Positions 28,001 through 38,009 of a stretch of DNA of 64,000 nt are shown piece by piece. Numbering within the stretch: the stretch's first letter is position 1; each line of letters opens with the position of its first letter. Made by a program: the position numbers and the translations under genes. Source of the stretch: Cyanobacteria bacterium P01_A01_bin.123 (lineage in GTDB: Bacteria > Cyanobacteriota > Cyanobacteriia > Phormidesmidales > Phormidesmidaceae); the NCBI GenBank assembly GCA_039815185.1, contig JBCBZT010000007.1:128001-192000 (forward strand), read 5' to 3'. Under the pieces are notes generated by a model. That model made no database searches. It saw only the letters and a list, made by a program, of their open reading frames with translations, and was not told the origin of the DNA.

Positions 28001-31000
28001 TTGAATTTGACTGAGCAGTTGGGCGAGGGTTGGGCGATCGAAGCTACTCAGGGATGCTGTGCGTACCTTAATGTTGAGCCAAGTCCGGTAATCATCGCCG
28101 TTAAATGATGCGAGGCATTGATTCACTTGCACCAGCAAATCAGTGCTGCCAATCCTGGCAACGGCACTCAGCACCTGAGCTTGATAGGCGGGGTCTTGAA
28201 ATTGCTGTACCGCTTCAAAAAAGATTTGTCGCTGGGGTATTTCCAGATAGGTGAATGCGGGGGCTAAGCGGCTGAAGATCTCTGCTGCGGCTTTGTCATA
28301 AGCAAACTCAGGTTGCGGATATGCTTTGAGGTGTGGGGTCACAGTTGCGATTTGAGTCGCTAGCTTTGTAATGACATCGGTAGGTGCTTTTGGGGCAGAG
28401 TCTTGGGCTGTTTGGGATGCTAAAGCCGTTGCAATGCTGCTGAGGATGCGGGTTTGGAGCATGGGCAGCTTAATGGTTTCTAGTTTGGGGGAATCGGCGA
28501 TCGCGGCTGACGCTGCCACCGTTTCGAATGGGGATGAAGTTTGGATTGATTCAGTAAGGGTTGAGTTTTCTCCTGAAACCTCTTGATAGACTTCGATCAG
28601 GCTCAGAGCGTCTGTGAGGGTATTAATCGACAAGAGAGGAATCAAGCTTTCGAGGGCTTCTGTCCGGGGGTATGGCGCAGGGATCGATTGAACAATCAGG
28701 TTGAGGGTGTCTGGCAATTGATCTGTGGGCAAGTAAGGCAGCAAGTTGCAAAGGGTTTCTACTTTGTCGCGATCGCGACTAAAGGCCGTCTCAATCAACC
28801 GCAGGGCGTTGGGCATCAACCCGATGGAGAGCTTTGGAGCTAATTCGCTGAGCAACCAGGTTTTGTCAGTGTCTTGGGGTAAGTGGGGCACCAGAGCTAA
28901 CGCAGCCGCCTGTTGGTCGGTCACCGCCGCAATTGTCAGGTGAGGAGCAATATCTTTGAGGGCATAGGGAAGTTGCTGCTCATTGGGAATGGTCTGTAAC
29001 TCAGCTAATGCCTGCTTGATGATGATCAGGCACTGAGGTTCTGGCAGGTGAGGGGCAATCCGCATGAGGGCATGAACGCGGTTGATTGGCTCTGGGATGG
29101 CTGCGGTGGCGTCGAGGGCTTCTGTCCAAGCTTGATCTGCTGGGTTGGGCAGTTGGGGTGCAATCTTAACCAATGCATCAAACCGAGCTGAATCATCGGT
29201 AAGGGATCGAGCAGCATTGAACGCTTCTGTCCACGCCTTATCGCTTGGGGTCTCGGGTAATTGGAGCGCGATCGCCATGAGGGACTCAACCCGCTGCTTT
29301 TCGTCTTGAACGATAGATGCAGCCGACAAGGGCTGTTCAGACGCTTCGGAAAGCTCGGTTGCTGGCAAAGTGGGGGCGATTGCCGCTAGCGCATCAGCAC
29401 GGATTTGTTCATCTTGAATCGTCTGCGCGGCAGTTAAGGCGGCTTCTAATAAATGGGGTGTGTTTGGCGGCAGATAGGGGGCGATCGCCTGCAAGACAGT
29501 GGCCCGGTACTGTTCGTTACGGATAGCACTAGCAATCTGCAGGATTGTTTCGAGCAATTGCAGTTCCGTATCAGGTGACTGAGGCGCAGGTTGCGCTAAA
29601 AGTCCTGCTAGCCCAAGTCGCTGTAAGAGTCCGCCGCGCTGGTTTTCATCCCGAATGTTGGGGGCCACAGATAAGATCTCGGCTAAGACTTGCAGCCGCT
29701 CAGGTTCGGGAAAATAAGGGGCGATCGCCAGCAGGGTGTAGCCCTGATCCGTTGGATTGTCCATGGCTCGCCCCATTGCTAATGCCTCTTGTAAGGCTTG
29801 ATTGCACTCAGTGGGGGGTAAGTGGGGGGTGATCGCAGCTAGGGTTCTAGCCCAGGCTTGTTGATCTGTCATCACCCGCACAACGGTCAGAATACGTTCG
29901 AGGACACTCAGGCGTTCTGCGGGATCTGGAAAATAAGGGGCGATCGCGGTCAAGGTTGCAGCCCGGTATTTTCCATTTTGAATGGTCTGGGCAATATCCA
30001 ATGCCCGTCTAAACAACTGAGGTACTGTTGCGGGCAAATAGGGGGCGATTGTCGCTAAAGTTTCAGCACAAGATTGTTGATCATAGTCGCCTTGTTCAGC
30101 CCCTACAAGCTGCTCCAAGGCTTGAATAACATACTCTAGGGTTCGCAGGTGAATGGCTGGCGGTAGCTGAGGAAGTAGCTTGGCTAAAACTTCAGCCCTG
30201 TGGGATTTGTCGGAGAGCGCCTGCACCACAGCAGCCAAGGCTTGCTCTAGCAGTTGTGATGCTGTTTCTGATAAATGGCATAAGAGGGTGATGAGTATGT
30301 TATGGCAATACCAGTCGTTTTCGATGGTTTGTGAAAGGTCTTGGGCAACATGCAATGCCCGTTGGAAAAGTTGCGGTTCGGTATGGGGCAATTTGGGAAT
30401 GATCTCGTACAAAGCGCAATTGGCATCGTATACATCTCCCGCTCGGGTTTGGGTGATAGCGGTTAACGCCTGTTCAAACGCTTGAAACCGCTCTGTCGCT
30501 GGCAAATGGGGAGCAACCGCCGCCAAAGCTTGAGTACGTGGCAACTCAGACTGCACGGCATAAACCGTGGTTAAAATCTGATCGAGGGCTTGAAAGCGCT
30601 CTTCCTCAGGCAGATTGGGAAGCCCTAGTAAGGCATAGCCTCGACGTTCTGGATCTTGAATCGTACGCGCAGCCGTCAAGGCTTGATCTAACAGGGGTGT
30701 TGCCGTAGTTGGTAGGTGAGGGACGATCGCCATCAGCATTTGAGCGCAAATGGAGTCATCTTGGATGGCGGCAGCGATATTTAGGATTTGTTCAAGGATG
30801 CGCGGTGCGGTTTCGATGCTGTGCAGGGCAATGGCTATGAGCACATCAGCTCGAATCGTGTCCTCTTGAATTGAATTGGCAATGGAGAGGGCCTGTTCTA
30901 GGGCTGGGGGGTGCTTAGCTGCTGTAAATCGTGTTGCAATCTCAGCTAATAGAACAGATCTAGTCTGTTGATCGTGAACGTGATGGGCGGCAGCCAGCAG

Positions 31001-31909
31001 TTGTTCGAGCAGTGGAACTGCTGTGGCGGGTAACCGACACGCGATCGCGGTTAAAGCTCTGCCTCGGTTCCCGTCATCTTCTATGGTGGGTGCAATTGAG
31101 AGCGCAGCGCTTAATTGCGGCAGATGTGTCGTTTCTGTCAAGTGGTGTATGGTCCCCGTCAGGAGTTCATCCCGGTGCTTTTCATCTGGCAAGGCCCCCA
31201 CAGCAGTGATGAGTGGATCTAATAATTGCGGGTCTATTTTCGCCAACTCACTGGCGAAAATAGGGATTTCAAAAGTCTCTAAAAAGTCTCCGCTTGCCAA
31301 AGTCTGCGCTAACGATTCAACCGCTTGCGCCATCTTCTGCGTGCTGGCTGGCTCCGGCAGGCGATGGGCAATGATGGCCAGAATCTGAGCTGGAAACAGA
31401 CCATACTCACCGAATTTCATCGCCTGGGCAGCGATTACCGCTTGTTCTAAGGTTTCTATGTGTTTGAGGTCAGGCAGTTCAGGCGCGATCGCGACTAGGG
31501 CTTGGGCACGAGAGCTTGCTGATTCAATCCCATCGGCCAGACTCAAAGCCTGCGCTAGGGTTTCAGTACGCTTTGGTTCGGGGAGTTGGGGTGCGATCGC
31601 GATCAGCGCTTTAACCCGCTTAAAGGCATTTTCAATAGACTGGACAGCGGTTAACGCGTGTTCTAAGGCTTGGGTACGTTCTGGGTTAGGCAGACGGGGC
31701 GCGATCGCAAGTAGCTGTTTACCCCGTTCGTCGGCATCGATAATGGCCTGTGCTGCATCCCAGGCTGCTTTTAGCACATCCAAGCGGGACGGTAAGACTT
31801 CAGAAGCGAGTTGAACTAATGCTTCACCCTGCTCAACCGGATCTTGAATGCGCTCGATCTCGTTTAAACGCGCTGCGATCCAATCATCCCTGTTTGCCTG
31901 TTCGCCCAT
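25052..31909 (-). CDS. Giant helical-repeat (HEAT/TPR-like) protein with C-terminal KAP-family P-loop NTPase
   Basis: About 1450 aa of ~40-aa R..AL.AIAP.LP repeats; Walker A GGWGGGKS, FDAW, two TM helices in the insert, Walker B IIVYIDDLDRC, YLEKIIQLPY. Confidence 0.9.
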   Translation of the reverse strand: MGEQANRDDWIAARLNEIERIQDPVEQGEALVQLASEVLPSRLDVLKAAWDAAQAIIDADERGKQLLAIAPRLPNPERTQALEHALTAVQSIENAFKRVKALIAIAPQLPEPKRTETLAQALSLADGIESASSRAQALVAIAPELPDLKHIETLEQAVIAAQAMKFGEYGLFPAQILAIIAHRLPEPASTQKMAQAVESLAQTLASGDFLETFEIPIFASELAKIDPQLLDPLITAVGALPDEKHRDELLTGTIHHLTETTHLPQLSAALSIAPTIEDDGNRGRALTAIACRLPATAVPLLEQLLAAAHHVHDQQTRSVLLAEIATRFTAAKHPPALEQALSIANSIQEDTIRADVLIAIALHSIETAPRILEQILNIAAAIQDDSICAQMLMAIVPHLPTTATPLLDQALTAARTIQDPERRGYALLGLPNLPEEERFQALDQILTTVYAVQSELPRTQALAAVAPHLPATERFQAFEQALTAITQTRAGDVYDANCALYEIIPKLPHTEPQLFQRALHVAQDLSQTIENDWYCHNILITLLCHLSETASQLLEQALAAVVQALSDKSHRAEVLAKLLPQLPPAIHLRTLEYVIQALEQLVGAEQGDYDQQSCAETLATIAPYLPATVPQLFRRALDIAQTIQNGKYRAATLTAIAPYFPDPAERLSVLERILTVVRVMTDQQAWARTLAAITPHLPPTECNQALQEALAMGRAMDNPTDQGYTLLAIAPYFPEPERLQVLAEILSVAPNIRDENQRGGLLQRLGLAGLLAQPAPQSPDTELQLLETILQIASAIRNEQYRATVLQAIAPYLPPNTPHLLEAALTAAQTIQDEQIRADALAAIAPTLPATELSEASEQPLSAASIVQDEKQRVESLMAIALQLPETPSDKAWTEAFNAARSLTDDSARFDALVKIAPQLPNPADQAWTEALDATAAIPEPINRVHALMRIAPHLPEPQCLIIIKQALAELQTIPNEQQLPYALKDIAPHLTIAAVTDQQAAALALVPHLPQDTDKTWLLSELAPKLSIGLMPNALRLIETAFSRDRDKVETLCNLLPYLPTDQLPDTLNLIVQSIPAPYPRTEALESLIPLLSINTLTDALSLIEVYQEVSGENSTLTESIQTSSPFETVAASAAIADSPKLETIKLPMLQTRILSSIATALASQTAQDSAPKAPTDVITKLATQIATVTPHLKAYPQPEFAYDKAAAEIFSRLAPAFTYLEIPQRQIFFEAVQQFQDPAYQAQVLSAVARIGSTDLLVQVNQCLASFNGDDYRTWLNIKVRTASLSSFDRPTLAQLLSQIQSPHRKAEALVEIASHPSGHAYQPAALRQIRGLGNHDLEVRCLKRLIPRLHHNQRLEAANVIREIGELYFRTTALVALACKFPEFRSEAKTSAQQLSNLVQSVEQLSTLAIEMPEILPEVTDIAATVEQPLARGKTLVALSPHLPMRINREVTREHRLGQPITIELWQRALYLMARGYRDALKGGSLRNESAQDEDLLNLKDEVNALTDLLLMRDLEPPMTVGILGGWGGGKSYIMHLMQSRMTEIRSRPIHPDTEAWNLDPNHERLSPYVGHVYQIKFDAWTFAKSDLWASLMQTIFLELNRQISLEQKLARVLAEQPNNAESRAKVLCAAGQYWPVLYKSGDEDRQWFLERVLSPEQLAQFQDINNQEEVDNALWQQLGETYQAENQKLKELEAELKRKQAALQQETQAIRSKIDNDQFYQLINKLTGPISILLSNRVSKTVFEQINQEITRKIKAQLDSDAASETLEPIDTNHLKAMIRLVTADVMERRYGQIDFFSFWTWCRKNVRLLGLVLILMVLAIVLPIAVEQTLAWLDVSIDSFSSRLIAFLAPLTPGIVSVQALFKSFHQWFEETKLAVKEYEIQIGAISQQLEKRREEIFQNQLDEVEAISELETEIKVLEDKIDTQRQRIPENVYESLEAFVSDRLQAGSYEKHLGLMQQVKGDLADLSQRLLPPPAASQAFRSKVEQLQKIFPRGPARIIVYIDDLDRCPPDRVVAVLEAVQLLVKTPLFIAVLAIDERYITRALEQFYKGILLRHGSPSGTDYLEKIIQLPYRVRPIMANTLETYLRSQVVIQDNATGSAKFNEFSRQEFNMLLECCKQTDLSPRTLKRLINIYKLFKIVCRTRGTKPSPQVQQAILALLALSGHYPDLMRGIFDDIENCYEEQRTQAEAEKSGQKLHLESPLQDCFKHYRPPGDRYLRREFDHLKHDALQTTILPPALTLEGMTHEIFNLLRSFSFVGDIGEDPEDYRVSDAVEAISK

Positions 31910-32522
31910 CCTTAATGACCCAGCTGATTGTTTTCACTATCCTAGGGGTCGAATCGCGTCTAGTCGTCCGTAGGCATCAGCTCTTTTGAGAGATGCCATC
32001 ACTTATTTGCAGTAGTTTTGGCAACAGTTGATAAGGACAGCCAATAGATGATTGAAATGGAATTGACTCATATTCAGTAGTTGCACCCTATTCAGGCAAA
32101 AATACTGGGCGATTTCTACTGTCCAGCACTTGAGCTATTGCTCAAATCCTTTGCCCTAACGTGCGATGGCCTCGACTTGCATCCAAACTATCGACCAGTT
32201 TATCAATATCTAATTAAGTAATTTTTTATACAAATAATTGGTATTGATACAGACTTTTTACTCAAGTTTCAACAGCGATGCTTTGCATGCAACGTCTTTT
32301 TACTCATTAGCTAACTCCTGTAAAAATCCTTTGGAAGTCTTTTATATAAAGCTCTGAAGGGTTTGAATAGTGCTCTTTGGACATAATGACTTGACTGATT
32401 CAGTATGTATCAGTGTCATTCGAGCATACTTAAGTGTCAGTGTATCTATGGAATTAAGTGTTTCTTTGTTTGCTCCGTGTATGACTGGGAACGCTAAGGT
32501 CGTCGCATTCAAAACCTCGCTA

Positions 32523-32960
32523 ATGACCCGCCCTCAAATCTTGAAATCCATTTTGACAAAAGCAGGTGTCTCACTCTTCACGAGTCTATTAGCTTTTTCC
32601 CCCGCAGCGATCGCAGGCACAGGTACCAGCGTTGATTCTGTATTCGAGCGTATTACCGTTCGTGATGGTAGTTTTAGTGCCGAATATACTGACTATCTCG
32701 CAACGCCTCTAAGAATTAGAGAAGCTGTTGTTTCTCTACCCGAAGGAGTAGAGGGCTCCATTGATGGAATTTTTATCATCGATGAATTGGGTCGGTTAGC
32801 TTACGGTTGTATGGATATTCCGGTTGTTAATGGAACCGACATTTTTCAGGCTTGTGGCTGGGCAGCTTACCTTCATTCTGGTGAAGTCACCTACCAAATT
32901 GAGGGAAGCAACTTTTCTGCTGATGCTTCTGAGTTCGTTCTCAGTATTGAACTGAATTAA
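32523..32960 (+). CDS. Hypothetical secreted protein
   Basis: Signal-like LFTSLLAFSPAAIA; start uncertain. Confidence 0.5.
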   Translation: MTRPQILKSILTKAGVSLFTSLLAFSPAAIAGTGTSVDSVFERITVRDGSFSAEYTDYLATPLRIREAVVSLPEGVEGSIDGIFIIDELGRLAYGCMDIPVVNGTDIFQACGWAAYLHSGEVTYQIEGSNFSADASEFVLSIELN

Positions 32961-35383
32961 TTCTTCAAATGCGTATCAAGCCAGTGAGTCATTTCCCATA
33001 AGACATGGCTGACTGCTTCGCGAGATCGATAGACATGACCCTCTGCGGGCAGCTCTACCCAGCGTACAGTTCCCCCCAGTCCTTGCAAAGCGTCGTAGAG
33101 ACGTTCACTTTGGAGCGGATACGTCCCTGAATTTGCATCCTCTTCGCCATGAATCAGCAGCAGCGGTTCATTAATCTGGGCAGCTTGGGCAAATGGTGAC
33201 ATTTGAATGTAGACCTGTGGAGTCTCCCAAAAGGTGCGTTGTTCCCCCTGGAAACCAAAGGGCGTAAGCGTGCGGTTGTAAGCTCCGCTGTTGGCAATCC
33301 CAGCGTTAAATAAATCGGTGTAGGCTAACAAATTAGCAGCGGTAAAGGCTCCATAGGAATGACCCCCAATTGCAATCTGTCCTGGATTGCTGATACCCCG
33401 CTCCACCAAGTAGTTTACGGCGGCTTGAGCGCTGGCTGTCAGCTGCTCGATATAGGTATCGTTGGGTTCTGTGTCTCCTTCGCCAATGATGGGCATTGTC
33501 GGGTTTCTCAGCAGGGCATAGCCTTGGGTCAGTAGAAATAGCGGTGAGTAGCCGTAGGGGCGGCTGAAAACGTTTTCGGCGGCAGTGACTTGGGCAGCAG
33601 CATCCCGGCTTTTGAATTCTCGGGGATAGACCCACATGACGGTAGGGATAGGCCCGTTTTGGGCTGGATTATGATTGGGTGGCAAGTACAGTGTGGCGGA
33701 AAGTTCGACACCGTCATTGCGGCGGTAGCGCACCACCTCTCGCGTCACACCTTCGAACCAGGGCAGGGGATCGGTGAAGTGGGTCAAGGGTTCTGCCTGA
33801 TTTGCAGTTAAATCTCGCTGCCAGTAGTTAGGTGGCTCGGTGGGAGATTGGCGGAAGGTCATCAGTTGTTCGCCCGAGTTATTCCAAAGTAAGATTACCC
33901 GCTCATAGTGGGGATCGGCTGACTGCCACAAGCGCTCGACCTCATTTGTGGGCAGCTGCCATCGATCCAGGAAAGGATAAACGCCCTCTGGAGAAGCGCC
34001 TCGTCCTTTTAGGTACAACCCTTCACCATCCGGAGTCAGCAGTAGCGTATAGCGATGGTAGGGGCCAGGTGCGGTAATGGGTTGGCCGGGGTTGTTGTAG
34101 CTATCCTGTATATCCCTTTGATTGAGTAAAACAGGAGCTGTGTCTGGGGCAGCAGGGTTGAGTTGCCAGGTCCGTAGCTGTCGGGAGTTGCGCCAATACT
34201 CTTGCCCTAGGGCTAACGAATCATGTCCCCATAAAATTTGCCTAAATCGTAACTCGGTAGTCCAGAGTCGTTGGGGGTCATTTGTGGTGAACGGGGCATC
34301 GAGCTGGTAAACCGCATCCCGTTGGTCAGCAGGTTGCCCTGCATCCCCATCATCTAAGGCTTCTATCCAGTAGAGCGTTGCCGGGCGATCGGCTCGCCAG
34401 CGCACGATGCGCCGTCCCGTGCGAACTGATCCAAACGCAATCGGTACGTCATCGGCTAAAGGTAAATCCGCCACTTGAAACTGTTCATGGCCGGCTAAAC
34501 TCATGACTGTAATTCGCTGCGCAAATCGACTCACAGGCACCTGATAAGAGAAGGGACGCTGAAAGGTGGTGAGGACGAACCACTCGCCATCAGGGGAGGG
34601 ACGGGCGGATGAGATTAACTGGGGTGCGACGATAGGGATCCGTTCGCCATTCAGCGTCACCTGCTCCAGCACTGAAGTCAGGTAGTACTCGAAGAGGGCT
34701 TCGTCGTAGGGGTTTTGTAGCAAGTTTGTGTAAGTCCGTTGGGGCGTCTGACGGCCCAAATTTTCTTCGACTCGGGGGCCGCTAGGGATGTTCGGCGCTG
34801 CTGGTGGTGCGGGCTGATCCTCTGGAATCAATTTGCACAGTAGTCCGGCAGTCTCACTAATCCATTGACAGGGTTGACCATAGGTACCATTGAGCCGAGG
34901 CGGCGTCAGGTCAAGCGCAAGGCCAGTCTTAGCATCGGCGACCCATAATGCAATGCCATTAGGCTGGGTCAGGGTAAACGCTAAGGCGTTGCCTTGGGGT
35001 GACCACTGCACATTACGGATTTGAGCATGCTCTGGTAGTGCGATGGGTCGGAGGTTGCCGGTTTCTAGATCTTGCAGCGTCATGCTCTGGAAGCCAGACG
35101 TTGCAGCAGGGCCGCGAGTCATTGGATTTAACTGGATACCAGCAATTTGTACGCGAGGCTGGGCTAAAAGCTCAATGGGAGGTAGCGTCGGTCGGTCTAA
35201 TTGCACCATCCATTGACGGTTTGGCGATACAATCACCTCTGGAAACCAGGGGACATCCAGCATCTCACTAATTGGCTCAGGCGCATCTTGCCAGGTTGCC
35301 TGAGCAGTTGATGGAATGATCATGAGGCTGGTAAGGCTAAGGGTGAACCCCAAAACGAAATGCAAGAGAAAACGGATCTTCAT
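32957..35383 (-). CDS. S9 family peptidase (prolyl-oligopeptidase/glutamyl-peptidase-like), secreted
   Basis: GGHSYG nucleophile, LLIHGEED, EGH; signal peptide. Confidence 0.92.
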   Translation of the reverse strand: MKIRFLLHFVLGFTLSLTSLMIIPSTAQATWQDAPEPISEMLDVPWFPEVIVSPNRQWMVQLDRPTLPPIELLAQPRVQIAGIQLNPMTRGPAATSGFQSMTLQDLETGNLRPIALPEHAQIRNVQWSPQGNALAFTLTQPNGIALWVADAKTGLALDLTPPRLNGTYGQPCQWISETAGLLCKLIPEDQPAPPAAPNIPSGPRVEENLGRQTPQRTYTNLLQNPYDEALFEYYLTSVLEQVTLNGERIPIVAPQLISSARPSPDGEWFVLTTFQRPFSYQVPVSRFAQRITVMSLAGHEQFQVADLPLADDVPIAFGSVRTGRRIVRWRADRPATLYWIEALDDGDAGQPADQRDAVYQLDAPFTTNDPQRLWTTELRFRQILWGHDSLALGQEYWRNSRQLRTWQLNPAAPDTAPVLLNQRDIQDSYNNPGQPITAPGPYHRYTLLLTPDGEGLYLKGRGASPEGVYPFLDRWQLPTNEVERLWQSADPHYERVILLWNNSGEQLMTFRQSPTEPPNYWQRDLTANQAEPLTHFTDPLPWFEGVTREVVRYRRNDGVELSATLYLPPNHNPAQNGPIPTVMWVYPREFKSRDAAAQVTAAENVFSRPYGYSPLFLLTQGYALLRNPTMPIIGEGDTEPNDTYIEQLTASAQAAVNYLVERGISNPGQIAIGGHSYGAFTAANLLAYTDLFNAGIANSGAYNRTLTPFGFQGEQRTFWETPQVYIQMSPFAQAAQINEPLLLIHGEEDANSGTYPLQSERLYDALQGLGGTVRWVELPAEGHVYRSREAVSHVLWEMTHWLDTHLKN

Positions 35384-35536
35384 GCGTTTAGGTTAAATCT
35401 GCGGTCGATGAGTGGAAATAGCTGCGATCGCAGTACTTTAGTTCACGACATCTCTCTGCGGAGATGGGTCATAAAGCCTGTAGGCCCTACCTCTTTAAGC
35501 CTAGAAATCTGAAATCTCTCTCGAATTGATTCCAGG

Positions 35537-35938
35537 TTAAGAGACATCATTGCCCAAGGCGATCGCGATCTTGGGAAAGTGATTCAGCAGCTTTTTATCA
35601 GCTGTCACAAGTGAGGTTTTCAACTGGATTGCCAGCGCGATGAATTCACAATCATACGCAGAACAATGACTGTTCTCGACGAGACGCAGCACATCAAAGG
35701 AAGCCACTTCAAATTCGCGATCGGATAATAGCATTTCCGCTTCTGATTGGATGGCATAGGCTTGATCAAAAGTTAATAGACGCTTGCGAATATAAAGTGC
35801 TAACACATTGCGGAGTTCACTTCGCCAGAGGAGCGGGGCCGCCCACTCAGGATGTTTGACTAAAAGACGCTCTGCATCGACAGTTTGATTGGTCGGCAGA
35901 TAAAGATAAGCGACAACATTGGTATCGACGACAATCAT
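35537..35938 (-). CDS. vapC: VapC/FitB-type PIN toxin
   Basis: MIVVDTNV...SAYDCEF...LVTAD. Confidence 0.9.
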   Translation of the reverse strand: MIVVDTNVVAYLYLPTNQTVDAERLLVKHPEWAAPLLWRSELRNVLALYIRKRLLTFDQAYAIQSEAEMLLSDREFEVASFDVLRLVENSHCSAYDCEFIALAIQLKTSLVTADKKLLNHFPKIAIALGNDVS

Positions 35939-36180
35939 GGGCGACCCTGCTCAATCGCATCGATAATGTCCTCAGGTTTAAACTTTCCAGATGGTAAAGG
36001 GCTTCTGAGTTGGCGGGCACGGGTAAGTCGCTCTTCACCCGTAACTCGCGCAGACAGTAGTGTCCTTTCTAAGCAAGCAATCACCTCGCTATTAATACTG
36101 CGGTGATTGGCTTGGGCAGCTACTTTGAGACGGGCATAAATCTCGTCAGGTATATTCTTGAGCGTAATCGTAATTGTCAT
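35935..36180 (-). CDS. Arc/FitA-like RHH antitoxin
   Basis: ITLKNIPDEIYARLK..A..NHRSINSE; ATGA overlap with the toxin. Confidence 0.9.
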   Translation of the reverse strand: MTITITLKNIPDEIYARLKVAAQANHRSINSEVIACLERTLLSARVTGEERLTRARQLRSPLPSGKFKPEDIIDAIEQGRP

Positions 36181-36184
36181 ATAG

Positions 36185-36240
36185 CCACCAAAATGGTTCC
36201 ATAACGAAACCATTTTGGTGGACTAAAACGCAGTTGTCAA
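36185..36240 (-). promoter_or_regulatory. TA promoter (TTGACA-17-CAAAAT) with 14-bp palindromic operator
   Basis: CCACCAAAATGGTT (36185-36198) / AACCATTTTGGTGG (36208-36221), overlapping the -10 and RBS. Confidence 0.8.
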
Positions 36241-36277
36241 TCAAGGGATTTGGCAACTCTGTCACCCGTTTAAAGGG

Positions 36278-37483
36278 CTAGCAGTCAGGTAGCTTATACT
36301 GTTCGACGATGCGTTTGGCATAGTCGGGAACATGCTCCTCCAGCTTTTCCGGGTAGTTGCGTTTGACGTAGAGATAGTTGCGAGTAAAGTGGGAATCGAT
36401 TGAAAAGCGGGCGTATTCTAGTCCTTTGGGGCCAATTTTTTCGATCACCACCCCCATCAACTTGGCGGCCCACATCGGCAGGGTTACCCCTTTATCGTAG
36501 GCGGGGATGCTTTGCTGTACAGCCTGTTGGCGATTGCCGCTGCTGTCTACGGGCTGAGTGTCGAGTTGATCCATCACCAGGTCAAGCATGTCTTGACCGC
36601 GATCGTTGCGCACCACAAGCCACTGCCAGCCAAAGGGAGCACCCATGTAGCCCACGACTAGATCGGCCAGGGAATTGACATAGTCAAAACAGCTCATGCA
36701 AGATGGGGCAAAGACATCTTTGAGCTGATTGGTTTTGAGACCAAAGAAGGGCACGGTTTCTGTCGACCCGTCAGCGTGCTTAAAGTGAACTCGAAAATCT
36801 TGCATGAATTCGTAATGCACCACGGTTTCGGGGGAGCGACTGGTGGTCTCGAGAAACTTTTGCAACCCAGCGCGGGTGACGTTATCAACGCAGGGAGTGC
36901 CGAGTACATAGAGCTTTTCCAAGCCCAACTGCTGCTCGACGGCTCTTAGCGCTTGGATTTGGCACCCCACCCCAATCACCAGTAAGCGTTTGAGGCCGCA
37001 CTGCTCAATCTGCTCTAACACGGACAAATTAGGCGATAGGGTTGGCTTGTTCACCCGCGCAGCTAGGATATCTTCGGGCGTGCGGGCAATGATCGGTTGC
37101 GGTTGAAACCGATCGGCTTCGGTGTTTTGGACGCAAACGACCCCTTCTACGACCCCACGGGTGAGCATTTCAATCGCAATCGTGCTGACGATGCCCGTCC
37201 ACTGTGCCCCTTCAATGGGGTCTTGCTTGCGAGCTGCGACCATGGTTTGCCGGACACCGAAGTACCAGTCTTCAGAATCATCTAGATTGCGGCTGCGACC
37301 ATGGGTTTGAGTTTCGAGTTGAGCGACCTGCTGATTGAGAAATGCGCAGGCATCTTTGACGTAGTGAATGTAATAGGTATCGCAAAGCCCGCACTCACTA
37401 CACAGCGCTTTGGCAGGACGACGAGCACCAGGCCGCAGGGCTTTGGCTTTTTGATGGGGCTGGGAAGGCTGCGCCAGGGTCAT
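36278..37483 (-). CDS. bciB: Ferredoxin-dependent divinyl (8-vinyl) chlorophyllide reductase, FrhB-like
   Basis: CSECGLCDT, GAQWTGIVS, GVGCQ, GTPCVDN, SCMSCFDY. Confidence 0.88.
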   Translation of the reverse strand: MTLAQPSQPHQKAKALRPGARRPAKALCSECGLCDTYYIHYVKDACAFLNQQVAQLETQTHGRSRNLDDSEDWYFGVRQTMVAARKQDPIEGAQWTGIVSTIAIEMLTRGVVEGVVCVQNTEADRFQPQPIIARTPEDILAARVNKPTLSPNLSVLEQIEQCGLKRLLVIGVGCQIQALRAVEQQLGLEKLYVLGTPCVDNVTRAGLQKFLETTSRSPETVVHYEFMQDFRVHFKHADGSTETVPFFGLKTNQLKDVFAPSCMSCFDYVNSLADLVVGYMGAPFGWQWLVVRNDRGQDMLDLVMDQLDTQPVDSSGNRQQAVQQSIPAYDKGVTLPMWAAKLMGVVIEKIGPKGLEYARFSIDSHFTRNYLYVKRNYPEKLEEHVPDYAKRIVEQYKLPDC

Positions 37484-37795
37484 GGTTATAGATTCAGTTA
37501 CAGGAGCTTTGATCACCATACCGCAAGGCTTTTCTTCCTTGGGGAAGCGCTGAGGAAATGTAACGAAATGCTGCGATTGCAGTTTAAAGACTATCATCAG
37601 CTCTGGAAATTTAGCGCTAATCCGGTTTAGAGCCCCAAAAGCTGTGATTTCCCGCTAGTGGTGGCTGTGACCCCTTATGGCTACCAATCTGATTAAAATC
37701 AATCAGGCTGAGGCACTGAAATCAGCCCGGAGACGGCGGATTGCTCCTAAACTAAATTAAACCTTCTCCGTAGTTGGCGCTCGAGTTAAAAACTT

Positions 37796-37936
37796 AAGTT
37801 CTCAAATTGGATGTGGTTTATCTAAAACCTTGAGTTTAGGCTGCTTTAAGCCTTGTCCACATCCAGCTCTATGGTTTGCTTGTCGGGTCACAATATTCTA
37901 AGCCCTGACTCAAGTTCTCAAATTGGATATGGTTTA
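37796..37936. repeat. 25-bp direct repeat pair (37796-37820, 37912-37936), part of the element also seen at 9421-9496
   Basis: AAGTTCTCAAATTGGATRTGGTTTA x2, one mismatch. Confidence 0.8.
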
Positions 37937-38009
37937 AATTTCCATTTTGCTGGGTTTATCACCACCCAATGCCCCATTTCTGCGTCTATCCTATGTAACC
38001 GAATTGAAG

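Noticed and set aside
25397..31989. Many plus-strand ORFs antisense to the KAP NTPase gene, and similar shadow ORFs elsewhere
   Set aside because: They overlap well-supported genes on the opposite strand and carry no motifs.
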